A stretch of 64,000 bases of DNA from Prevotellaceae bacterium UBA4372 (GCA_002391275.1 DGSC01000003.1:23338-87337), one strand, 5' to 3'; positions 1 to 10,122 are shown, counted from the first letter of the stretch. A program made the numbers and translations. Notes: generated by a model from the sequence alone, not told the origin.

Positions 1-2543
1 TTGTTGTCGGTGCTCAGACCTTGGTCGAAGGTACGTTTGTAGACGATATCCTTGGCTTCGAACAGTTCAGGCGTCACGAAGTCGTAGCCATCGGTGACGA
101 CGATGCTTTCCGCTACCCCTTTTCTGACGATGTTTGCACCACATCCGGCCGGCGCCACAGCCCCTTCATCCAAGAAATAGAGCGTGTTGGGATTGCCTCC
201 CGAGAGTTGCGAGATTGCACTGTTGTTCCTCAGATCAACGGCTGTAGCCTCCGCAGGAACAGCAACGGTGGCTTCTGCGTCTACGGCAACCTTCGTGCCA
301 TCAGCGAGGTAGTAGCTCATTCCCGAGACCGCTTCGTAACGTGTGTTAAAGAGCTCTTTCGGATTCACCCGTTCCCCGGCACGTGTGTAGGCGAAATCAA
401 AGGAGTAAGTGGTACCGTTTGCAACGTCGTAAGTATTGGTCACAGTAAGAGTCTCCTCGGGATAGATCGTATATTTTTTATACGAATACCTGATACTTGC
501 TCCTCCGCCCGGCTGCCAAGTGTAGATATAGAAGTACAGCTGACCTTCATACAACTTGTTGGAGGGATTGGTGACCGTCCACGTTACCGTGGCCTGTTTG
601 CCTACAATCTTCTTGCCGTCATCCGAGAGGGTGTTGATGGTGGGTTCGTAGACGAGTTCTATATCATCGGTTTTCTGCAAGGCTTCAAGCACTGTTATCG
701 AGCCTGTGCCAATCACATGCGCACCCTCTTCGTCCGTAGCAACCCACAGATTATATTTACCAGCCGCAGCAGGAGTGAACTCGAAAGAAGTCTCTATCGC
801 CTGTCCTGCCAGCACGGTGACACCACCTTTGGCTACGTAAGCGCCTTTTTCGCCGGTTTGGCTTGCAAAGAGATAGAGCAAACCATAGTACTCGGCATCA
901 CCGGTATTCGTGATTCTCGCTTCTATTTCTGCCACACCGTTGGCATAAATCTTTTTAGGAGCCACGATATCGGTGGCCTTCAGCTCAGACACTGGAGTGA
1001 CATACTCGCATACCGTGGCCTTGCCTCCCGAGATAACGCAACGGACATATTCCGTCTCATAATTCTTGGCAGCACACCATTTCTCGGCTCCCTCAAGGCG
1101 CGACACAGGCACAATCCTGTACGTTCCGTCAGGCAGGCCGGCAACATCGAACTTAACGTCATTGCCCCAGCCACGTTCAAGATCCATAAAACGTGAAGCC
1201 TGAATGGTCACGAGAGAACCGTCGTCAGCGATGTAGGCGATACCAAAATCAATCGTAGCCTTTTCTGGGTAAGAACTATAGTAACTCGACTCAATCCAAG
1301 CCGTTCCCTCGTTAATGCCCATATTAATGACCTCCATATCCATCGGTGCCGCATCTTCTTGAGAAACAGGCAGCTCGCCTTCGTCTTTCTTAATACCAAT
1401 CACGGCCACTTGATCAAAGCTATAGCCGTCGCTGCTCTTGCTGGCGCCTGCTCCATCCGTGCCACCTGGTTTCAGCACTGAAAGTAGGAAGTAACCATTA
1501 TAGAGTCCGCCCCAGCCCCAGTTGACATGGAAGTAGCCTTCGCCGTCATATCCGTCTACAAGGAAAGCATGTCCGCCTCCCGAAGACTGTCCGCTATAAT
1601 AGACAGGGCGTGCCTCTGCCAGTTCGCTGTAGATCAAATCCGTCCATTCATCATAGAGATAGTCGGAGCGATAGACGAGCCGGGCGAGAGCGCTGTAGTC
1701 GAAATAATCGCGCAGAGCGGGCACCACTTCATTGTCGTAGGCGCTTGAGCCTTGGTTGGAATAGTCCATGTGTACAGCTGCACCGCACGCAGCCACCAGC
1801 TTAGCTACGGCCTCATTCTGGCTGGCCGTTGCAGTCACCTTGCTGTAGTCGGGCAACATGTTGTCCCAATCGAAGACAAGACCTTCACTAATCCCATCTA
1901 CGGTTATCTGTCCGTAGCCAACCCAATTGGTCTCACAGGTGTAGGAGTCGATTGTCTTCGCCAGCTTGGCAGGCCACTTGTGGTAATACATCAGCTGCGA
2001 CATAGCTGTAGCCACACATCCTGTGAGCGCTTTTCCAAAAGTAAAGAAGTCCGGGCACGAGTTGTTGAAGGGCTCGTGCTGGTTCCATAATGTCTGGATT
2101 AAGGGGGCTATGGCACTCTTTGTCAAGGCGCGTCGCGGTGCACGGCTGGCTTCTGCCTGATTCGCGAAGTCCGGGTGTGTCTCCAACCACTTCATCTGCT
2201 CAACATAGGCACTGAGCCATGCCTTGAGATTGTCGGGCAATTGTGTATCGTCGAACGAGCCTTTGTCTGTATAGCCAATGATAGCTTCGGTGCGGTCGTC
2301 ACCGCTGACGACAACGAACCCTTTGTCGTTGCCGATATTGAATACGTGATAGTACGCTTCATTCGAAGCTGGTTTGAGCGCCATTCTACTTGACACGGCT
2401 TTGATGTTCCGTCGCGAATCGCGAGGATGATGCTTGGCAACGAAGTCGCTGGCCAATTGCTGTGCCGCTTCACGTGTGACAGGTGCGGCAACGGCCGTAA
2501 GGCCTGACAGCATAAGCAAAAGGAGAAGGAACTGTTTTTTCAT
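1..2543 (-). CDS. C10-family cysteine peptidase (streptopain/interpain-like) with N-terminal Spi-type prodomain; C-terminal part runs off the window
   Basis: Absent from the ORF track because there is no stop inside the window. Hand translation from the ATG at complement 2543-2541 gives MKKQFLLLLLMLSGLTAVAAP (signal peptide), LIQTLWNQHEPFNNSCP, LTGCVATAMSQLMYYHKWP (catalytic Cys region) and SSGGGHAFLVDGYDGEGYFHVNWGWGG (catalytic His region). The frame is still open at position 3 (...EAKDIVYKRTFDQGLSTDN). Confidence 0.85.
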   Translation of the reverse strand, partial: MKKQFLLLLLMLSGLTAVAAPVTREAAQQLASDFVAKHHPRDSRRNIKAVSSRMALKPASNEAYYHVFNIGNDKGFVVVSGDDRTEAIIGYTDKGSFDDTQLPDNLKAWLSAYVEQMKWLETHPDFANQAEASRAPRRALTKSAIAPLIQTLWNQHEPFNNSCPDFFTFGKALTGCVATAMSQLMYYHKWPAKLAKTIDSYTCETNWVGYGQITVDGISEGLVFDWDNMLPDYSKVTATASQNEAVAKLVAACGAAVHMDYSNQGSSAYDNEVVPALRDYFDYSALARLVYRSDYLYDEWTDLIYSELAEARPVYYSGQSSGGGHAFLVDGYDGEGYFHVNWGWGGLYNGYFLLSVLKPGGTDGAGASKSSDGYSFDQVAVIGIKKDEGELPVSQEDAAPMDMEVINMGINEGTAWIESSYYSSYPEKATIDFGIAYIADDGSLVTIQASRFMDLERGWGNDVKFDVAGLPDGTYRIVPVSRLEGAEKWCAAKNYETEYVRCVISGGKATVCEYVTPVSELKATDIVAPKKIYANGVAEIEARITNTGDAEYYGLLYLFASQTGEKGAYVAKGGVTVLAGQAIETSFEFTPAAAGKYNLWVATDEEGAHVIGTGSITVLEALQKTDDIELVYEPTINTLSDDGKKIVGKQATVTWTVTNPSNKLYEGQLYFYIYTWQPGGGASIRYSYKKYTIYPEETLTVTNTYDVANGTTYSFDFAYTRAGERVNPKELFNTRYEAVSGMSYYLADGTKVAVDAEATVAVPAEATAVDLRNNSAISQLSGGNPNTLYFLDEGAVAPAGCGANIVRKGVAESIVVTDGYDFVTPELFEAKDIVYKRTFDQGLSTDN

Positions 2544-2558
2544 ATACTATAAAATTAA

Positions 2559-3251
2559 TTAAAAAGGGAACCAGACAAATGCAGCCGCATCCCATAGCGC
2601 GTGGCTAAGGACGATGGCCGTGAAATGCTGAGGCATCAGCCTGTAGAGCCCACCCCATGCGATGCCACACACCAAGGCGGCCATGATGAGCATGAAGTTG
2701 AGCGAGGGCACATGTATGAGCGTATAGGCTGCCGTAGCGCAGATGAAAGCAAGATTGTGTGCTTTCGTCTGCGCTTTTTTCGTTTGCTGATGCCGCGTGG
2801 CAAAGAAGCGTGCGAGGTGTTCCTGCACGTAGCCACGCCAAACGATTTCTTCACCGGGACCAATGATGCAAAGGAGCAACAAGCCCACAAGCGAGCCCGA
2901 AGCATTGGCTTTAATGCCATAAATCTGGTCGACCTGTGGCCTTGCGAAGTCAAAGAGCAGTTGCGAACATTTATCGCCCAGCCAAAAGACGCCCCACAGC
3001 ACTACGGCGATACCCGCGCCAAGCAACAGCTCACGCCAGTCAAGACAGAGACGTGGCCATCCGCCAAAAGCTATGGCGCAGAAAGTGAGCGAGAGGGAGG
3101 CGCACGTCATGATGGACCAAAATCCTGGAAGCAAACAAGACTCGCCTACAAGAGGAAGTTGAATCTGGCCAAGCTCAAAACCTAAGTAAGGGAAGAACAT
3201 AAAGAACCAGAACAGAGCTGCCAATGCTATGGAAAAAACAACGCGGCGCAT
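2559..3251 (-). CDS. CPBP-family intramembrane glutamic endopeptidase (CAAX protease/Abi family)
   Basis: 230-aa polytopic membrane ORF with motifs GPGEEIVWRGY (EExxxR) and LSHALWDAAAF (HxxxD/N). Confidence 0.8.
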   Translation of the reverse strand: MRRVVFSIALAALFWFFMFFPYLGFELGQIQLPLVGESCLLPGFWSIMTCASLSLTFCAIAFGGWPRLCLDWRELLLGAGIAVVLWGVFWLGDKCSQLLFDFARPQVDQIYGIKANASGSLVGLLLLCIIGPGEEIVWRGYVQEHLARFFATRHQQTKKAQTKAHNLAFICATAAYTLIHVPSLNFMLIMAALVCGIAWGGLYRLMPQHFTAIVLSHALWDAAAFVWFPF

Positions 3252-3287
3252 AGGAGTAACTATTTAGCAGGCTCAAAAAGAGCCGGT

Positions 3288-4202
3288 TTACAACAATCCA
3301 CTGAGAACAAGCCCCACGATAAGCAGGAGGCTGAACATGAGCTGCAACTTGGCCGTCATCTCGTCGAGCGACGCATAGGATTCCGGTCCGTTTTGCTCAT
3401 AGGCCAGCATCGTCCGTGCATTCTTCAGCGCAACGGGCAAAGCTGCAAAAGCCGTCAACAACCACCAGGGCTCAATGCCGAAAGCCATCAGTCCAAGCAG
3501 CCAAACGAAGGGAAACAGCACTTCGAAAGCATAGAGACGTGCTCCAAAAGGACGCCCGGTCAACATGGCAAGGGTTGTGATGCCTGCACGATCGTCGGTC
3601 TCAATGTCGCGAACATTATTGGCATGGAGGATGGCCACCGTAATCAACCCTACAGGCACGGCCAGCCACAACACCTTCCACAGGATGGTTCCAGAGACGA
3701 TAAGCGAGGTACCCATCATAGGCAGCAATGCATAGCACAGAGCTATCACGAGATCGCCCAAAGCCATGTACTTAAGGCGTGGATAACAGAAGGAGAGCAA
3801 AATGCCTGCAAAGCCTATGCCCAATAGGCTTAGGGCCTCAGCCTGTCCGTAGACGACGTATAAGACGGCAACCATGGCCAGGCCAGATAGGACTGCCAAG
3901 GCGTTCAGGCACAACGAAAGACGCCGGAACTCGCCGACTGTGAACTGGCCATCGACGAGGGTGCGCACACCAAAGGTATCGGAGGCATCAACGCCACTGC
4001 GATAGTCGGCAATGTCGCTCCATACATTGCCGGCGGCATGCACGAAGATGATATTCACCAGCGCCCAAAGGCCCAGACACCAGTTGACGTCTGCACCTTG
4101 AGCCCATGACCATACGATAGTTACTGCCACTGGCATGGCTGAAGCAGGGAACGACCAGGGGCGCGTTGCCAGCAACCATTCCTTAAGCGAATGTCTTTTC
4201 AT
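3288..4202 (-). CDS. UbiA-superfamily prenyltransferase, MenA/UBIAD1-like (probable 1,4-dihydroxy-2-naphthoate prenyltransferase)
   Basis: 304-aa polytopic ORF. N-terminus is LATRPWSFPASAMPV. Asp-rich motifs are NVWSDIADYRSGVD and NNVRDIETDDRAGI. Confidence 0.7.
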   Translation of the reverse strand: MKRHSLKEWLLATRPWSFPASAMPVAVTIVWSWAQGADVNWCLGLWALVNIIFVHAAGNVWSDIADYRSGVDASDTFGVRTLVDGQFTVGEFRRLSLCLNALAVLSGLAMVAVLYVVYGQAEALSLLGIGFAGILLSFCYPRLKYMALGDLVIALCYALLPMMGTSLIVSGTILWKVLWLAVPVGLITVAILHANNVRDIETDDRAGITTLAMLTGRPFGARLYAFEVLFPFVWLLGLMAFGIEPWWLLTAFAALPVALKNARTMLAYEQNGPESYASLDEMTAKLQLMFSLLLIVGLVLSGLL

Positions 4203-4644
4203 TGTTTACAATTTATTTGTTTTCGGCTACAAAGATATAAAGAAATGAAGGATAATGAACTAAGAATGGATATTTATTTTACAAAAGGAGGGGATATTCC
4301 GTAAAAATCGGAACATCCCCTTCTTGGATTAACATCATGGATGGCTCTTGCATGAATACTCGCCATATAGATTTGTGCCTGCTTATCAAAAGCTAATGTC
4401 TGCGTGCCATAGGCGTATGTCAGCCTGCCATCGCTGCCCACCATATATTCGTACCTTTGGCCATGGCATATTTCTCTATCGGGCACTGCTGCAAGAGACG
4501 AGGGAGAAGGCAGCACTCATTGCAAAGACGAGTCTTCAAATATTCATTGTTTCAATTGAATGTGATTATAAGTGCTATATTTTCGGCTTGTTAAACCACC
4601 AAAAGCAGAAAATCTTGCACCGCCGAGCATTAAACGTTATTAAA

Positions 4645-4686
4645 CAAGAAAAAGGGCAGCGTCGGCACGAAGACCGACGACTGCCC
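4645..4686 (-). terminator. Orphan rho-independent terminator-like hairpin (minus-strand sense)
   Basis: GGGCAGCGTCGG (4654-4665) pairs with CCGACGACTGCCC (4674-4686) with one bulge. The A-run at 4648-4653 becomes a U-run in the minus-strand transcript. No annotated minus-strand gene lies upstream of it. Confidence 0.4.
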
Positions 4687-4998
4687 TTCGAAGAGAGCGT
4701 GTATTTATGGCCATTAATAGTCGATTGCGCTCGCTCTGTTCTGCATGGCTGCCTTTGCGACGGCTCTTGGTGGCGTTGAACTTTCAGGAGAGGTTGAAGC
4801 TTATGCGGCGGGCATCGCCCAAAATGCGCTTTTAGGGTTCAATGGACTTGTCAAATGGCAAAATTGCTTCAGCAGCTTATGCGTTAAAACTCCGATAAAT
4901 TTTTCAATAATTTCGCCCGTATCATACAAGATACAAAGGAATATACTATCTTTGTAGCACACTACCAAAGTGATATACTTTTAGATGATTATCTAGTA

Positions 4999-5006
4999 TA
5001 CTTTTG
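4999..5006 (+). promoter_or_regulatory. Bacteroidota -7 promoter box (TAnnTTTG) upstream of the AraC-type regulator
   Basis: TACTTTTG lies 24 nt upstream of the ATG at 5030. A second box, TATCTTTG, is at 4947-4954. Confidence 0.4.
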
Positions 5007-5029
5007 CTTTATCACTTACACCGTTCCAT

Positions 5030-6700
5030 ATGAACCAACGAACCATATTTCTCTTATTCCTGCTTATAGCCATGGGCACCATGGCTCAGGCCTATTCTGC
5101 ATCTGATGTTCCGTGTCCGGTGGAGCGTGTGGAAGTGGTGCCTTTGCCAGATCTTTCTATACCTCGAATGGGGCACGCGGTCTTCGTGACGAATGGTGAG
5201 CTGACAGTGGTCGGCGGGCACACCACAGGTTTTGTGCCCACACCCACTGCTGAGTATTACAAGGACGGGAAGTGGCATCTCATGAATATGACCTATACTC
5301 ATGACGATGGGCTTTGTGTTCCTCTTCGGTCGGGAAAGGTGCTTTTGGCAGGCGGTCATAGCGAACCCTTGGGCATTGGTCAGACCTTCTCGGCTGAGAT
5401 GTACGACCCCGTGCGACACACATTCCAAGGTTTTGGTTGCCTTTCCCGCAAGCGTGCGCTGACCTCGGGCGTGGAGTTGGACAGCGGCAAAGTGGTGATA
5501 GCAGGCAACTGGTATCACGACGATGGGGTGGAAATCTTCGACGGCAGGCGTAACTTCACAGATGTGAAGGAAGTCACCTGTGGGCGTGTGGCTCCCTTCA
5601 TCTTGCGCACCTCGCCTTGCGATGCCATCATTCTGGGCAGCAAGGGCAGCAGATATGAAGATATTCCCCTTTCTCATGTAGACCGCTTGCGGGGCGAGCC
5701 CTTCACAGTTCCCATGCTGGAAAAATGGCATTGTACGTCAGGGATGACTAACGCCAAGGAAGAAAACTTCGTGGGCGATGAGCAAAAGGGGCTCTATGCG
5801 TACCTGATTCCGGTGGCGGACAGTACGGGGCAGGTGGCCATCATGAAGGTCGAGGGAGAAGAATTCTCATTCTCATTGTTGCCTACCACTTGTCCCGTGC
5901 CGATGATGTGCGGAACCGACAGCATCCAATGGCTGAGCCACATTATGGCCGACCGTCAGCGTGGCAGAGCCTATCTATGCGGCACATGGGTACCTGCTCC
6001 CCATTACATGTATGTCCTCGCTATTGACTATCGGCCCGATGTGGCTCGTCTCACACTCCTCCGCACCGACTCCATTCCTGACATCGGCTCCATGCAGCCT
6101 GTCCTGACACCCGAGGGAAACATTGCCCTTGTGGGTGGTTGCCCGAGCGACAATTTCAATCCGCTTTCTTCTGCCTATCTGCTCAAACTCACTGAATCCA
6201 AAACCATTGCAATCGGTCGTAGTTGGTCGCTTTGGCCATTATTTGCTGGCTCTTTGGTTGCTCTGCTCCTTGGTGGCATTTGTTGGCTCGTGCTGCGCAA
6301 GAGAAAGAGTGCAAGACCAGATGTAGAGCCAATCCCGGAGGAGGACAAAGACGAAAAAGTCAGTAGCCTGATATATCGCATTTGCCAACAGATGGAGCAG
6401 AACCGTCTCTATCTGAACAGCGAACTGAAGTTGGCAGACATGGCCACAGCCCTTGGCGTTACGCCACGTGCCATTTCCGACTGCATTAACCAATGCAAAG
6501 GCTGTTCCTTCCCGCAGTGGGTGAATACCTACCGCGTGGAGCATGCCAAGCGGCTCTTGTCCCTACAACCTGATATCAAGATAGTCACGCTCTGCATGGA
6601 ATCAGGCTTCAGCAACGAGGCCACCTTCTTCCGCATCTTCAAGTCTCTGACGGGTATGACCCCTCGCGAGTGGCAGGAAGAATCGACTCGCAAAAGCTGA
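5030..6700 (+). CDS. Single-pass transmembrane AraC-family transcriptional regulator with an extracytoplasmic Kelch-like beta-propeller domain
   Basis: Signal peptide MNQRTIFLLFLLIAMGTMAQA. Propeller-like strands VVGGHT, LLAGGHSEP and VVIAGNWY. TM helix WSLWPLFAGSLVALLLGGICWLVL. C-terminal HTH_AraC: LADMATALGVTPRAISDCI...ESGFSNEATFFRIFKSLTGMTPREW. Confidence 0.8.
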   Translation: MNQRTIFLLFLLIAMGTMAQAYSASDVPCPVERVEVVPLPDLSIPRMGHAVFVTNGELTVVGGHTTGFVPTPTAEYYKDGKWHLMNMTYTHDDGLCVPLRSGKVLLAGGHSEPLGIGQTFSAEMYDPVRHTFQGFGCLSRKRALTSGVELDSGKVVIAGNWYHDDGVEIFDGRRNFTDVKEVTCGRVAPFILRTSPCDAIILGSKGSRYEDIPLSHVDRLRGEPFTVPMLEKWHCTSGMTNAKEENFVGDEQKGLYAYLIPVADSTGQVAIMKVEGEEFSFSLLPTTCPVPMMCGTDSIQWLSHIMADRQRGRAYLCGTWVPAPHYMYVLAIDYRPDVARLTLLRTDSIPDIGSMQPVLTPEGNIALVGGCPSDNFNPLSSAYLLKLTESKTIAIGRSWSLWPLFAGSLVALLLGGICWLVLRKRKSARPDVEPIPEEDKDEKVSSLIYRICQQMEQNRLYLNSELKLADMATALGVTPRAISDCINQCKGCSFPQWVNTYRVEHAKRLLSLQPDIKIVTLCMESGFSNEATFFRIFKSLTGMTPREWQEESTRKS

Positions 6701-6800
6701 TTTTGATAGCAGAAAAGCAGATATCGAGAGTCTTTTGTTGTGCTTTACACCTACCTTTGGAGCGTTATTTTTGTAATGTTTAACGCAAAGACAAAGGTTT

Positions 6801-7280
6801 ATGAAGCGATTTTTACTATCCTTTTTGGCGCTCTGCTGCATGGTGTCGGCATGGGCGCAAGGCGATATCACGCAGCGTTTGGTGGTATGGCAGCGATCGG
6901 GCGAGAAAATTTATATCGACCTTACGGAAGAGCCCGAAACCACTTTTGAGGACGGGATGCTGGTATTGAAGACCAGCAAGAACTCCTATATGTTCCAGCT
7001 GCAGAACATCCTGCGCTACACCTACGAGGGCACGATTACAGCCATAGAGTCGCTCTCAGCGAATCCCAATGAGTTGCGCATCTCACAGAACAACGAGGCC
7101 ATGAAGTTTGAGGGGCTGCCCGAAGGCACACGTCTCGAAATCTATGCCATGGACGGCAAGCTGCTCACCACCCAGAGTGTGGTGAAGGGCCAGCCAACCA
7201 TCGTGTCTCTGAAGGGTCAGCCCACGGGCACCTATATTGTGAAAGCCGGTGATGTAACTTATAAATTTCTGAAAAAGTAG
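6801..7280 (+). CDS. Small secreted protein with a T9SS type A C-terminal sorting domain
   Basis: Signal peptide MKRFLLSFLALCCMVSAWAQ. The C-terminus LEIYAMDGKLLTTQSVVKGQPTIVSLKGQPTGTYIVKAGDVTYKFLKK matches the Por/T9SS CTD pattern. Confidence 0.7.
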   Translation: MKRFLLSFLALCCMVSAWAQGDITQRLVVWQRSGEKIYIDLTEEPETTFEDGMLVLKTSKNSYMFQLQNILRYTYEGTITAIESLSANPNELRISQNNEAMKFEGLPEGTRLEIYAMDGKLLTTQSVVKGQPTIVSLKGQPTGTYIVKAGDVTYKFLKK

Positions 7281-7284
7281 AGCC

Positions 7285-10122
7285 ATGAAAAACCGAAATA
7301 AACTTTTTCTGTCTGTGCTCATTGCTTTTGCACAGATATTTGCTCCCTCCCTCTTGGCCCAAGATGCCTTCTACATTTATCGTAACGACGGAAACTTTGA
7401 CGGATTCTTCTTCGACGAGGTTGTCCGTATGGGCTACTCCAAGGTGGGTCTGGACTCGGTGGAGCATGATGTGTTTGTGGTGCAGGATATAGAGACGGCG
7501 GACAGCACTTACCGCATTCCTCTTGCTGCCATCGACTCGGTAGGTTTCCAGCAGCCAGAGCTTCGCTTTAGTCCTCGCTTCAAGAACATGGACGAGCTGG
7601 GCATTACGCCCTACATCACGCAGACTTCGGGCTGGAACTCAGCGCGATTGGGCCTTTCGAAGAAGATTCCCGCCCATTTGCTTCCACAGATTGGCGATGT
7701 CATGGCCACATGGGATTCTTCCATCTATGAAGGCAAAGGATGGGTCTATAAGATAACAGGCACATCATCACCCGCATCTTGGCTCGACGAAGATGACAAT
7801 AGTTATTACTTCAATGTGGAAAGTATAGAGAGTGTCAATGACATATTCGACCAATACATCACGGTGGAAGACATTGGTGTGGATGAGCAGAACAACGTCG
7901 TGCGCCGCCGCATTGCGGGCTGCAATCCAGACGGCACTATCCGCAAGGCCTCGGAGGGCAGCGCTGGGGTGAACCTCATCAATCTCTCAGGCACATTCAC
8001 CCGCGAATGGCATCCAGGAGGGGACTCCAAGATAGCCCTTTCGGCAGATGTGGGCGTGAAACTGAGGTTGCGTGTGGCGTACAACATTGGTTGGAGCAGG
8101 CTTTTTGTGAAGCTTTCGCGTGAACTGATTGTAACGGCAGAACCTTCCGTGAGCATGTCGGTTTCGAAAGGCTTTGAATATACTTTCGCCGACATCTATG
8201 GGCTGCCAGGCATCACGTTCCCCGCCACATGTCCCATATTCGAGACCAATCCCGTGCCTGAACTCTTTGTGCGTGGCGAAGGCTCGATGAGTGCGGCGCT
8301 CAATTTCCCGTCTGTGGAGTTAGGGTTTGGCGAGGACATCATCCTCGATACCCGCAACACCTTCCCCGTCAGCTATGACATGCACATGGTCCCCTCAGAG
8401 AAGAAGAGTGATGATGAAATCATCGACACGGGCTCGGCTTCGGTGTCCTTCAGCGGATACCTGCAAGCCGGCGTAAAGTTCACAGCCAATCTGGCCACTG
8501 CCAGTTGGTTCCGCAAGGTACTTTGGGGCGACATTGGGCTCAGTCTCTATTGCGGCCCAAAGGCATCTGGGACAGTGGAATTTACGAAAGAATTTACACC
8601 AGTTGTTGACGAAGGTGGTTATACCTACGATCCCTTCTATATACTTGATCATGGTGAACTCGATTTGTCTCTGCTTTCCTTCGACCTCGAGGCCAAGGCC
8701 CAGGCTTCTGTCCTGTGGAAAGACCCGGAGGAGAAGACCTTCTTCTCCAAGAATTGGTCGTTCCTGTGCGACACCTTGCGTCTCATTCCAAAGTTTGAAA
8801 AGGTAGATTTGAAGATAGAGGGCAACAATGTCACTGCCACCATGCACACCAGACCCTACAAGACCCTGGGCTATACCGTGGTTTCTGCCGGTGTGTTCGT
8901 GAAGGATTCGGATAAAATCATCAAGCACTTCGGCAATTTGGTATATTCCCACAAGAAGCAGGAATATGAGATTACCTTCTCGCTCGACGAACTCAAGAAC
9001 TTGAATAGTGCAAGAGCCTACGTCGTGCGACCCGTGATAGCTTGGGCAGGCCGTGAGCCTCATGTGACCTGGGGTTCGTCCGTAGAGTTCCACGTGCCTG
9101 AATGGGTGGAGGTGGGGAACACCTCCCTCGAGTTTGGCGCTTCGGAAAACCTTGAGAATACTGTGAGGATAAAGACTAATATGGAGTTTGATGAGTATGA
9201 CGATTTCCTGTACAATAATAGTAATAAACATATAAGGAATAATTACTACGCCTACAGAGCTAGGTGGGGCCACAAGGTTCATGCGGTAGATAAGCAAAAC
9301 GGAATCTATGACATCACGTTCAAGGTGGAGCCTAACACAGACATGTTCTATCGCGAACTGACCGAAAAGGAATGCCACATGGGAGAAGAATTTGACGAAC
9401 CGACAGCCCAATACGTAGAGAAGCCAATACATAACTGCCCTTACATTTTAGTCACCAAGCAATACGGAAAGTGGCCTGAGCGTTACAAGGACGAAAGATA
9501 TACCTTCGCCGCTGAGGTGGATACCATCTTCTTTACGTTCCGTCAGGCTGGAAGTGACGAGGCCATAACAGATCGTCAGGTGAAGTTTTCTGCGAGCGAT
9601 TTTGCTAAAGAATGTGGGACGAATCTGAGGATTAGCCGTATCAATTCATCCTCCTTGACCAACTATACGTTTGGCAATACCGATAAAGAGAGCATGACGA
9701 TGGCGCGTGACGGGGACAGCCGCGTAGCGGTGACCTGCACCGTGAATGAGAATTCCAGTGAAAACTACCGAAATTGGGAAAATACCTACACAAGAACGTA
9801 TAAGGAGCAAGGAACGATGACGTTCGTGATAGCAAGAAGCAAGGACAGCACTTGGGAACAGAATTTCCATGATATATTAAGTGGGCAGTGCAGCAGTTCG
9901 GTAACAACTACTGATAATGGAAAGAAAACAAGTGAATATAACAATCCTACATCCCATTCTCATCAAACAACGAATTTCACCTTCAGTGCTAATCATGACG
10001 AAGAGAAAGAACTGAAATCGGCCACAACGACATTCAATTATACTTTGGCGGATGGTACTACGAGAAGTGGCACCTATTCGCTCTCGTCAGCGTCATCCAA
10101 GGGCTTCACGCTCTCTTACTGA
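7285..10122 (+). CDS. Large secreted hypothetical protein (945 aa), no recognisable domain
   Basis: Starts 4 nt after the upstream stop, so it is likely in the same operon. Signal peptide LSVLIAFAQIFAPSLLAQ. N-terminal module FYIYRNDGNFDGFFFDEV...IPLAAIDSVGF. Asn/Thr/Ser-rich C-terminus. Confidence 0.75.
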   Translation: MKNRNKLFLSVLIAFAQIFAPSLLAQDAFYIYRNDGNFDGFFFDEVVRMGYSKVGLDSVEHDVFVVQDIETADSTYRIPLAAIDSVGFQQPELRFSPRFKNMDELGITPYITQTSGWNSARLGLSKKIPAHLLPQIGDVMATWDSSIYEGKGWVYKITGTSSPASWLDEDDNSYYFNVESIESVNDIFDQYITVEDIGVDEQNNVVRRRIAGCNPDGTIRKASEGSAGVNLINLSGTFTREWHPGGDSKIALSADVGVKLRLRVAYNIGWSRLFVKLSRELIVTAEPSVSMSVSKGFEYTFADIYGLPGITFPATCPIFETNPVPELFVRGEGSMSAALNFPSVELGFGEDIILDTRNTFPVSYDMHMVPSEKKSDDEIIDTGSASVSFSGYLQAGVKFTANLATASWFRKVLWGDIGLSLYCGPKASGTVEFTKEFTPVVDEGGYTYDPFYILDHGELDLSLLSFDLEAKAQASVLWKDPEEKTFFSKNWSFLCDTLRLIPKFEKVDLKIEGNNVTATMHTRPYKTLGYTVVSAGVFVKDSDKIIKHFGNLVYSHKKQEYEITFSLDELKNLNSARAYVVRPVIAWAGREPHVTWGSSVEFHVPEWVEVGNTSLEFGASENLENTVRIKTNMEFDEYDDFLYNNSNKHIRNNYYAYRARWGHKVHAVDKQNGIYDITFKVEPNTDMFYRELTEKECHMGEEFDEPTAQYVEKPIHNCPYILVTKQYGKWPERYKDERYTFAAEVDTIFFTFRQAGSDEAITDRQVKFSASDFAKECGTNLRISRINSSSLTNYTFGNTDKESMTMARDGDSRVAVTCTVNENSSENYRNWENTYTRTYKEQGTMTFVIARSKDSTWEQNFHDILSGQCSSSVTTTDNGKKTSEYNNPTSHSHQTTNFTFSANHDEEKELKSATTTFNYTLADGTTRSGTYSLSSASSKGFTLSY

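Noticed and set aside
21-1196. 391-aa plus-strand ORF
   Set aside because: It is an antisense shadow of the C10 peptidase gene. The product is low-complexity and Arg/Gly/Val-rich with no motifs, while the minus-strand frame has clear protease motifs.
4274-4516. 80-aa minus-strand ORF between the prenyltransferase gene and the orphan terminator
   Set aside because: It has a GTG start, no signal peptide or motif, and overlaps a plus-strand ORF of similar quality. There is not enough evidence to call it a gene.
8395-9432. 345-aa minus-strand ORF
   Set aside because: It lies entirely inside, and antisense to, the 945-aa secreted protein gene and has no motifs. It is a shadow ORF.
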